Shown here: piece after piece, positions 57,113 to 64,000 of the stretch | Layout of the letters: every line of letters starts with the position of its first letter | How positions within the stretch are numbered: position 1 is the first letter of the stretch | Origin: Candidatus Saccharimonadales bacterium | GTDB taxonomy: Bacteria > Patescibacteriota > Saccharimonadia > Saccharimonadales > UBA10212 | Length of the DNA: 64,000 nucleotides | Reading direction: 5' to 3' | Assembly (NCBI GenBank): GCA_040900055.1 | Contig: JBBDZU010000006.1 | Coordinates: 19 to 64,018, forward strand | Notes under the pieces: model-generated | Databases searched by the model: none | What the model saw: the letters and a program-made list of their open reading frames with translations, nothing else | What the model was told of the DNA's origin: nothing | Position numbers and translations under genes: made by a program

Positions 57113-59298
57113 GAATCTTCCAATTTCTTTAAAGGAGCAAAACCGATGTCTAGTTTTTTGGCGCCTTTGCCTTTAAAAAAGACCGTCGCAATATCCCCCT
57201 CCAGATCTAAAACTGTCCCCTGCCCAAAAATTTCGTGCAGAACGCCGTCGCCGGTTGCTAAATCCGGTACGTAACGAGGCTCGTCGCTTAGGAGGGTATT
57301 ATCGCTGCGCTGTTCGCCGCTACCAATTGCTGTCTTTGAGCTATCAATATCGGCTAAAAATCGGCTTGGAGGATTGCTCGTCCGACCGCCGAATAGCGTT
57401 CTGGAGGCTGCATAAACTAGATAAAGCTCCTGCTTGGCACGGGTCATACCAACATACATCAGCCTCCGTTCTTCTTCCAGTTCGCTCATATCGTAAAGTG
57501 CCCGCGAATGCGGCAATACGCTTTCTTCCAGCCCCGTGATAAAAACCGTAGGGAATTCTAAGCCCTTGGCCGAGTGGAGAGTCATTAATGTTACGGCATC
57601 AGGACGGTAGTCACTGGTATCTGTTTTTGTGGCAGCGGTGGTTAAATTATCCGACTTTTTCATATTGACCGAATCAAGATCACTAACCAGCGCCACCTCT
57701 TCCAAGAAGCCAGCCAGTCCCACATCGTGATAGTCGGCGGCTACGGAGGTAAGTTCCTTAACGTTCTCGATGCGGGCTTCGCCCTGGGGAGTGCCGTCTG
57801 TTAGATAATGGAAATAGTCAATTTTAGAAATTAAACCTTCAACTAGATCTTTAGGCGAGAGGTTATCCATTTGGGCTCTAAACTGAATAACTATCTCGGT
57901 TAGTTCGGCCAAACCTTTGCGGGCCTTTGGCATTAGAGCATCGCAGGAATTAACCTCCATCAAACCCTGCAGCAAACTATGCTTGGCTTGCCTGCGCCAA
58001 TCGTCAAAAACCTCTAGCGATTTGGCACCTATGCCGCGCGCTGGTACGTTAACAATTCGCTCAAAGCTAATCTGGTCTTCAGGCTGATAAATTAACCGCA
58101 AGTAAGCCATAATGTCTTTGATTTCTTTGCGGTCATAAAACCGCACGCCTCCCACGATTCGATAAGGCAGGCCGTAATGGATAAAAGCTTCCTCAATTGC
58201 GCGGCTTTGGGCATTGGTGCGGTAAAGTACGGCAAAATCCCGCAAGTTCTTGGCACCCGCATCAATGACAGACTTGATAATACGTACCAGCGCCTCGGCC
58301 TCGGCCCGCTCGGAATTAACTTGGATTATTTGCAAGGGCAAGCCTTCGCCGGCGGCCGTCCAAAGTTTTTTCTTGCTGCGCTGTTTGTTATGGCTAATCA
58401 CGTCATGGGCGGCGTCTAAGATATTTTTGGTGCTGCGATAATTTTGTTCCAGTTTTATGACGGTGCAATTTTCGTAATCGCTTTCAAAATTAAGAATGTT
58501 ACGAAAATCGGCGCCGCGCCAAGAATAAATGCTTTGCCAGTCGTCGCCCACCACGGCTATGTTGTGATGCGGACCGGTTAGCAATTTGACTAGTTTATAC
58601 TGAGCCGAGTTGGTGTCTTGGTACTCGTCTATCAACACGTAAGAAAATTGGTGCTGCCATTTGTCTCGGATAGTTCGCTGGCTATCCAGCAGGTCTACAG
58701 CCCTGCCAATTAAATCATCAAAGTCCAGCGCGCCGTTTTCTCGCAGCAGGCTTTCGTAAACTGGAAAGACTTTTGCGGAAGTTTTTTCTGCAGGACTGCC
58801 GGCAATGGCCGCAAATTCGTGGGGCGTAATCATCTCGTTTTTGGCGCCGCTTATCATAGCCGCTAACAATCTGGCTGGAAATTTCTTTTCATCGACATTT
58901 AAACGGCGGCAAGCTTGGCGGATGCCGGCTAACCGGTCGGCTTCATCCCAAATAATAAAGTTGCGTGGTATGCCAATGTGCTCGCCATCCTGCCTTAAGA
59001 TACGCACGCAAATACTGTGGAATGTACCCATAAAAGGCAGCAGGTTGCGGTTGCCGTGGCTGCCGCCTAAAAGTTCCGTAATGCGGTGGCGCATCTCGCC
59101 GGCAGCTTTGTTGGTAAAAGTCACTGCCAAAATATTAAACGGCGTAGCTTTTCGGGTCGCTAAAATATATGCGATTCGGTGAGTTAAGGTTTTAGTTTTG
59201 CCCGACCCTGCCCCAGCCAATATTAATAGGGGGCCCTCGGTAGTCTCTACCGCCCGCCTTTGCTCAGGATTTAAGTCCTTCAATAACTCCTTCTGCAC
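57109..59298 (-). CDS. pcrA: ATP-dependent DNA helicase PcrA/UvrD
   Basis: 729 aa. SF1 motifs 'AGAGSGKT', 'VLIDEYQDTN', 'LEQNYRS' and 'LMTLHSAKGLEF', with a C-terminal Tudor-like tail. Confidence 0.93.
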   Translation of the reverse strand: MQKELLKDLNPEQRRAVETTEGPLLILAGAGSGKTKTLTHRIAYILATRKATPFNILAVTFTNKAAGEMRHRITELLGGSHGNRNLLPFMGTFHSICVRILRQDGEHIGIPRNFIIWDEADRLAGIRQACRRLNVDEKKFPARLLAAMISGAKNEMITPHEFAAIAGSPAEKTSAKVFPVYESLLRENGALDFDDLIGRAVDLLDSQRTIRDKWQHQFSYVLIDEYQDTNSAQYKLVKLLTGPHHNIAVVGDDWQSIYSWRGADFRNILNFESDYENCTVIKLEQNYRSTKNILDAAHDVISHNKQRSKKKLWTAAGEGLPLQIIQVNSERAEAEALVRIIKSVIDAGAKNLRDFAVLYRTNAQSRAIEEAFIHYGLPYRIVGGVRFYDRKEIKDIMAYLRLIYQPEDQISFERIVNVPARGIGAKSLEVFDDWRRQAKHSLLQGLMEVNSCDALMPKARKGLAELTEIVIQFRAQMDNLSPKDLVEGLISKIDYFHYLTDGTPQGEARIENVKELTSVAADYHDVGLAGFLEEVALVSDLDSVNMKKSDNLTTAATKTDTSDYRPDAVTLMTLHSAKGLEFPTVFITGLEESVLPHSRALYDMSELEEERRLMYVGMTRAKQELYLVYAASRTLFGGRTSNPPSRFLADIDSSKTAIGSGEQRSDNTLLSDEPRYVPDLATGDGVLHEIFGQGTVLDLEGDIATVFFKGKGAKKLDIGFAPLKKLEDS

Positions 59299-59311
59299 TA
59301 AGAATATTCTA

Positions 59312-60442
59312 TCAGTTGGTGGTAACTGATTGGGCGACTTTTTGCACTAACGATTTTAATTCTGTTTTTGCATTATCAACGGCAACCGCTACACCGGGAT
59401 AGACGGCTCCATCTGTATTCACTACGACTTCATATACGGAGACCGCATCAAGCCCGGTATGCGTAACTGCTAAATATTCACTCTGATCATATTTAAGTTC
59501 TTGAGCATCTTTAATTTGATTTTTATCAGAAATCCAATTTGAATAAAATAGATTACCTTCTTTACGATAACCTGCTCCATATAAAACACTGGCCCCGCCT
59601 ATAGGCGCTTCAAAATCAGTCGTCCAAGACTTCATTTCTACATCTTCTGTAGCTGCAAATACAAAACTCACTAAGCGGCCATTTGTGCCATCAAGCTCAT
59701 CCAATTCAACCTCCCCCCATTCTTCTGGATAGGCGAATTTAAAACCAAGGTCTTTATTCTCGTACCATACCCAGTTTGCTGGGAGCTCAAATTCTTCCTC
59801 CGCAGGAGTAATAACAGGCTGCTGGGCTACCGGTGTAGATTTTTTGAAGAATTCATAAGGGAGTTTGGTGCTGGTGAAGGCATCTACAGCAGCGTAAGCT
59901 CCAGCCAAAATTATCAAAACCAAAACACTCCAAAGCAATAATGTGCGAAAGCGTCGCTTTTTACCGGCAGGCAAGCTAGAGCCTGACGCAAAAAGTGGGT
60001 GCGATTCAACCTTAGCTTGCAAATCTGGTGCGGGCATAGGTTGGTGAGGGACTGCAGCGACCGCGGGAGCTGTGGACCCTGGAGCGATCATCCCGCCTGG
60101 CAATGCGGGTGTTTCGCTGGCAATTGTTGGCTGAGTATCAAGCTGCGGCAAGTTCTCACTTGGCATTTGAGGCATGGGCTCTGGGATGGGGGCTGGAATG
60201 GTTGGCTCAGCAGGAACAGCAGGCGCTACAGACACAGGAACATAATGGGTTGCCGAATCATCACCCACGTTAACCGGCTGGGGAGCGTTTTCCCGCACCA
60301 TGGGATCGTTCATTATGGGCTGGTGGCCAACTATAATTGGGCGGCTAGTTGGGCTTGGTTCAACGTTAGCCGGACGGCTAACGTCAAAAACCTGTGATTT
60401 GTCGTCATCTTTTGGCACTAGCCCTCCCCTTTGCGCTGCCAC
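59312..60442 (-). CDS. Pro-rich single-pass membrane protein, function unknown
   Basis: 376 aa. A disordered Pro/Ala-rich N-half, a TM ('LLLWSVLVLIILAGAYAAV') and a C-terminal exodomain of about 190 aa. Confidence 0.45.
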   Translation of the reverse strand: MAAQRGGLVPKDDDKSQVFDVSRPANVEPSPTSRPIIVGHQPIMNDPMVRENAPQPVNVGDDSATHYVPVSVAPAVPAEPTIPAPIPEPMPQMPSENLPQLDTQPTIASETPALPGGMIAPGSTAPAVAAVPHQPMPAPDLQAKVESHPLFASGSSLPAGKKRRFRTLLLWSVLVLIILAGAYAAVDAFTSTKLPYEFFKKSTPVAQQPVITPAEEEFELPANWVWYENKDLGFKFAYPEEWGEVELDELDGTNGRLVSFVFAATEDVEMKSWTTDFEAPIGGASVLYGAGYRKEGNLFYSNWISDKNQIKDAQELKYDQSEYLAVTHTGLDAVSVYEVVVNTDGAVYPGVAVAVDNAKTELKSLVQKVAQSVTTN

Positions 60443-61194
60443 TTATATACTGCGTCTACAATATCTGTAAAGCTTTGATAATTCAAACTGGCGTTTCCGA
60501 CTAAAAACCCGTCAATGCCGGGGATTTCCAAAAAGCCGCCGACGACATCGGCCGTAACACTACCGCCATATAGAACCCTCACGCCACGGGAGGCTTTCTC
60601 GCCAAAAACATCCTCTATAAAACTATTTATGTATTTAACGGCTCGTTCCACATGAGCGGGTTTGGCCACCTGCCCTGTACCAATAGCCCAAACAGGCTCA
60701 TAAGCAATGACCATATCGCGAACTTGAGCCGAGGTAAGGTTACTAAGACCAGTCATTAACTGATCGTGCAAGACCTGGCGGGACTCATTTTCGTCGTGCT
60801 CGTGTTTGGTCTCTCCCACGCAAAGAATGGGGGTAATTTCGTTACGGGCAGCGGCAGCTACTTTGTCTCGGACTATTTCTAGACTCTCATGAAAGTTGCG
60901 GCGGCGCTCACTGTGACCAACAATGGCGTAATGCACTAAATCACGCAGCATAGTAAAGCTAACTTCGCCGGTGAATGGGCCTTCGTCGACATGGTAGGCA
61001 TCTTGGGCAGCCAGGCGGAATTTGCGCCGGTCAATTTGCAGGCTGAGCGGCTGCAGAGTAAGCATCGACGGCGCCAAAACTACCTCAATGTCATTATGAA
61101 TACGAATGCGCTCCTGCAACCGATGCAGTAACAGGCTGGCTTGGCTAGCATTGAGATGCATTTTCCAGTTGCCGACTATTAGGATCTTACCCAT
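60418..61194 (-). CDS. tpiA: Triosephosphate isomerase
   Basis: Track ORF extends to 61257. The internal Met at 61194 gives the canonical 'MGKILIVGNWKMH' N-terminus. Also has 'VGHSERR' and 'AYEPVWAIGTG'. Confidence 0.9.
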   Translation of the reverse strand: MGKILIVGNWKMHLNASQASLLLHRLQERIRIHNDIEVVLAPSMLTLQPLSLQIDRRKFRLAAQDAYHVDEGPFTGEVSFTMLRDLVHYAIVGHSERRRNFHESLEIVRDKVAAAARNEITPILCVGETKHEHDENESRQVLHDQLMTGLSNLTSAQVRDMVIAYEPVWAIGTGQVAKPAHVERAVKYINSFIEDVFGEKASRGVRVLYGGSVTADVVGGFLEIPGIDGFLVGNASLNYQSFTDIVDAVYKWQRKGEG

Positions 61195-61234
61195 TATTTT
61201 GCCCACATTGCTCTTACGCTTATTGTAACAGTAA

Positions 61235-62536
61235 TCATTTATCTTGTAACACCTCAAGGCCAGGGAGTTTGTGCCCAGCCATCAGCTCCAGGCTAGCTCC
61301 GCCACCAGTGGAAATATGGTCAAAATCTTCCAACCAACCTTGGCTTTGAATGTAAGCTACGGTATCGCCACCGCCAGCTAAGCTATAGGGTTTACGGCTG
61401 CCACCAGCGCCTACTGCCGCTTCGGCAACTACGCGCGTACCGTGCGCAAAGGGAGCCTGAGCTCCCGCTATACCTTTAACCTCTGCCATGCCGCAGGTAC
61501 CATTCCAAATAATCGTTTTGGCTAATTTAATAGTGCCGGCAATTTCGGCGGCGCTTATCGGCCCAATATCTAAAATTATTTCATTTGGTGCAACTTCGTA
61601 AGCCGATGGCGCCGGCAAACCAGGGTAGGCTTGAATGTCGGCAATAGTGTGGCTGGCAATATCAACAAGCCTGGTTGGAGCCACGCCAGTCTTTGCTGTA
61701 GACACCACTACATCTACTGGGATTAAAAAATTAAAATTGCGAACTTTGGAGGTTTGCTCAACTTTATGCAAAATATCGTTGGTTAAATCCAAGGCTTCGG
61801 GCTCTACCAGGCTTTTCCCTAATTTGATTTTTTGAGCCAGTAAAAAGTTATTGGCCAGGGCACCAGCTACCGCTACACAGTCGGCTGTGTCGATTAGATA
61901 CTTTAAGACGTCAATTTTATCGCTAATTTTGGCGCCACCAATGACGGCGACCAGCGGTCGCTTTGGACTTTTAATGACGCCTAAAATAGTATTCACCTCT
62001 TTTTCTACCAATAGGCCGGCAACAGCCGGCAATTGTTTAGCGATAGCCTCTGTAGAAGCATGGGCCCTGTGAACTACTCCAAAGCCGTCTTGAATAAATA
62101 CTTGGGCACCGGCCGCTTCGATAATTGCTTTGGCAAAATCCTTGTCATTAGCCTCTTCTTCGGAATGAAAGCGAACATTCTCAAATAGCAAAATCCCGCC
62201 CGCCGGAAGGTCTGCAGCAGCCTTTTTAGCGGCCTCGCCAATGCAATCTCCAGCAATACTGACTTCTTTTGATAATAGATGCGCCAGTCGTTTTGCCACC
62301 GGAGCCAGACTTAAATTTGTATCCCGATTATTTTTTGGTCGCCCTAAATGAGAAATAATAATTAGTGCAGCTGGCTTTTGCTTAAGAATAAATTCGATGG
62401 TGGGCAAGGATTGGCGGATGCGATAATCATCAACAATCTGGCCGTTTTTATGCGGCACATTATAGTCGGCCCGCAAAAGTACTCGTTTGCCGGCTAAATT
62501 AATATCGCGAACGGTTTTTTTGGTGAAGAAGCCCAC
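61235..62536 (-). CDS. pgk: Phosphoglycerate kinase
   Basis: 433 aa. 'RADYNVP', 'SHLGRP', 'GGAKISDKI' and 'STGGGASLE'. Confidence 0.95.
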   Translation of the reverse strand: MGFFTKKTVRDINLAGKRVLLRADYNVPHKNGQIVDDYRIRQSLPTIEFILKQKPAALIIISHLGRPKNNRDTNLSLAPVAKRLAHLLSKEVSIAGDCIGEAAKKAAADLPAGGILLFENVRFHSEEEANDKDFAKAIIEAAGAQVFIQDGFGVVHRAHASTEAIAKQLPAVAGLLVEKEVNTILGVIKSPKRPLVAVIGGAKISDKIDVLKYLIDTADCVAVAGALANNFLLAQKIKLGKSLVEPEALDLTNDILHKVEQTSKVRNFNFLIPVDVVVSTAKTGVAPTRLVDIASHTIADIQAYPGLPAPSAYEVAPNEIILDIGPISAAEIAGTIKLAKTIIWNGTCGMAEVKGIAGAQAPFAHGTRVVAEAAVGAGGSRKPYSLAGGGDTVAYIQSQGWLEDFDHISTGGGASLELMAGHKLPGLEVLQDK

Positions 62537-62583
62537 CCCTTGCCTTTTTGCTTTTATCTCAAGTTAAAGTATGGCAAAAACTC

Positions 62584-62868
62584 TTACCTAATACTATAGC
62601 CAGCCTCGTCGTCCCGCTCGACTTCGTGCCCCTCGTCGATATGTTTTTTGACTAATAAAAGTCCCGTCAATATTAATCCGCCCGACCATAACAGCATAAT
62701 CCCCGAGAAAAAACCTAAAATCATCGGTCCTATGCTGCTCGCGCCAACCATTACTTCGGCGGCCTGGCTGTCTAAAGATCGGTACCAAATAATAGCCGCT
62801 ACCAGCCCGATAAGACTCATCGGAAAAGCCACAATGGCTGACAGGACTGCGCTGCGTTCTTTGCCCAT
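62584..62868 (-). CDS. Small membrane protein
   Basis: 94 aa with three hydrophobic segments. No motif recognised. Confidence 0.45.
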   Translation of the reverse strand: MGKERSAVLSAIVAFPMSLIGLVAAIIWYRSLDSQAAEVMVGASSIGPMILGFFSGIMLLWSGGLILTGLLLVKKHIDEGHEVERDDEAGYSIR

Positions 62869-62965
62869 ATAAAAAGTTTAGAACGGATTAGTTTTTTACT
62901 ATGTGAGATTGCTTACTGCTAAAGCGTCGGTTTAGTTTTAATATTTAATCTTGAAAGGAGAGTTT

Positions 62966-63082
62966 ATGGCAGATTCAGATGAATTAAAAGAAAAAGAAGA
63001 AAAATTAAGAAAGGCCAAAGAGCACGCCGAGGAGGCAGAGCGCCTGGAGAAGGAAGCCGAAGGCACCAATACCTGGCTCTAA
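62966..63082 (+). CDS. Possible 38-aa charged helical peptide
   Basis: Strong RBS GAAAGGAG 6 nt before the ATG. Encodes 'MADSDELKEKEEKLRKAKEHAEEAERLEKEAEGTNTWL', followed by a 13-bp hairpin. Confidence 0.35.
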   Translation: MADSDELKEKEEKLRKAKEHAEEAERLEKEAEGTNTWL

Positions 63083-63100
63083 AAAGCAAAATCCTTAACT

Positions 63101-63131
63101 AAATAAGCCACGCCGCCAGCGTGGCTTATTT
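63101..63131 (+). terminator. Hairpin terminator
   Basis: Perfect 13-bp stem AAATAAGCCACGC/GCGTGGCTTATTT with loop CGCCA. Confidence 0.5.
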
Positions 63132-63171
63132 AGTACTTAAGATGTTCTATGATAAAATCTCATCTGTTAAC

Positions 63172-63247
63172 GGCCCCATCGTCTAGTGGCCTAGGACACC
63201 AGGTTTTCATCCTGGAAACGGGGGTTCGATTCCCCCTGGGGTCACCA
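63172..63247 (+). tRNA. tRNA-Glu (anticodon TTC)
   Basis: Acceptor GGCCCCA/TGGGGTC, D-arm GTC-TAGTGGCCTAG-GAC, anticodon arm CCAGG-TTTTCAT-CCTGG, T-arm GGGGG-TTCGATT-CCCCC, CCA. 76 nt. Confidence 0.9.
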
Positions 63248-63265
63248 TTACATTAATAATTTTAG

Positions 63266-63336
63266 ATACCAAAAATCCCCCTTCATCCGCCAACCGGCGG
63301 ACTGCAGGGGGACTTGTTGGTATTTTTATTTTTTAA
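63266..63336. terminator. Long compound hairpin plus T-run (bidirectional terminator between tRNA-Glu and the convergent surface-protein gene)
   Basis: ATACCAA...TCCCCCT...(TCCGCC-AACC-GGCGGA)...AGGGGGA...TTGGTAT, followed by TTTTTATTTTTT. Confidence 0.5.
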
Positions 63337-63410
63337 GAGCGGTCAGTCACGATTGCTCATCTGTTACCGTAGCACAAAACGGTTGATTCCGCAAGTGCTT
63401 ATCCGTTGGC

Positions 63411-63998
63411 TTACAGACGTCGACGAGTGACTAAGTAGTGGGCAATAGCCGCACTACCACCAACACCGGCAAAAATGCCTAAGGCACTAGCCGGACCAGT
63501 GGTTGGCAAGGCTGCAGGTCGGGGGGCTTCCTTGGAAACCGGAGCCGCTGGGCAGTTTACCTTAGCCTGGAATTGAACGAAACGCTTCTCGCCAATCGAT
63601 ACTCCAATGCTACCTATGTTCACGCCGGATCCCACAATGGCGTCGGGCAAGGTTTGTAGGAATTGGCCGTTAGCACCCAGTAACTGGGCGCTGCCGCTAA
63701 CGTAGTTTACGCTCTGGGCTGAAGACAAATTGACTCGAGCCGTATCAGAGGTGCTGTTAGGTTCGCCGTTGGAAGTCCGGACGATAATGCTGGAGATGTT
63801 GTCAGTAGTTGCAGAGCTCTGGAAAGATGCCTGCACAGTGACATTGTGAAGAGTCTCAGTCGGTCCGGGGTTGTGCAGCCAGACTTTGTACTGCAGCGTG
63901 TCACAGGCATCGGCGTTAACCGGATCGGTAAAGTCCGTGCCTTTAGTAACGTTTTTAACTTTGTAGATGTTGCCGCCTTCAATAGAGCTGTTAACCAC
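63411..63998 (-). CDS. Cell-surface protein with an LPXTG-type sorting signal (N-terminus probably beyond the window end)
   Basis: The C-terminus 'ALPTTGPASALGIFAGVGGSAAIAHYLVTRRRL' is an LPxTG motif plus a TM and a positive tail. The upstream part is a Thr/Ser/Asn-rich, beta-type domain. Confidence 0.65.
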   Translation of the reverse strand: MVNSSIEGGNIYKVKNVTKGTDFTDPVNADACDTLQYKVWLHNPGPTETLHNVTVQASFQSSATTDNISSIIVRTSNGEPNSTSDTARVNLSSAQSVNYVSGSAQLLGANGQFLQTLPDAIVGSGVNIGSIGVSIGEKRFVQFQAKVNCPAAPVSKEAPRPAALPTTGPASALGIFAGVGGSAAIAHYLVTRRRL

Positions 63999-64000
63999 AG

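Noticed and set aside
61195-61257. The N-terminal extension of the tpiA ORF (MRCYKINDYCYNKRKSNVGKI)
   Set aside because: It overlaps the pgk 3' end, and the canonical TIM N-terminus (MGKILIVGNWKMH) starts at the internal Met (61194).

Overview
The window reads like a small, gene-dense bacterial chromosome of roughly 45-50% GC, with tightly packed housekeeping genes mostly on the minus strand. These include ligA, uvrA, uvrC, pcrA, obg, alaS, metG, mnmA, pgk, tpiA and rsmA, plus many peptidoglycan-remodelling enzymes. An RpfB-like protein, a DUF3105 protein, an LPXTG-type surface protein, a GH37 trehalase and truncated aminoacyl-tRNA synthetases suggest a reduced-genome CPR/Saccharibacteria-like organism associated with Actinobacteria. 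That placement is inference only. By eye I find nine complete tRNAs, one partial tRNA at the window start, and a tmRNA (ssrA) that the ORF track cannot show. There is no rRNA and no CRISPR array. Main observations, most interesting first: (1) A divergent F1-like ATPase operon (40131-45902) has b, delta, alpha, gamma, beta and a truncated epsilon, but no a-subunit and no canonical c-subunit. That slot holds a 269-aa secreted-domain protein whose C-terminal two-helix hairpin looks c-subunit-like and lacks any membrane carboxylate. (2) An integrative element of about 11 kb (about 6867-18009) sits next to tRNA-Gly. It carries a large serine recombinase, a filamentous-phage gpII-like rolling-circle Rep, a SpoVG-like protein, an HTH/HAD-like/P-loop kinase/ASCH cassette, a Type III R-M system with a divergent controller-like HTH and palindromic operators, and a Panacea(DUF4065)-domain antitoxin with an uncharacterised partner. 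(3) A high-GC insert of about 0.6 kb (about 36190-36780) has actinobacterial-style codon usage and sits behind a native-looking promoter. (4) A 7-bp microsatellite lies in a promoter. (5) The ssrA 3' end is present in several copies. Coordinates of non-ORF features were counted by hand and may be off by 1-2 nt.
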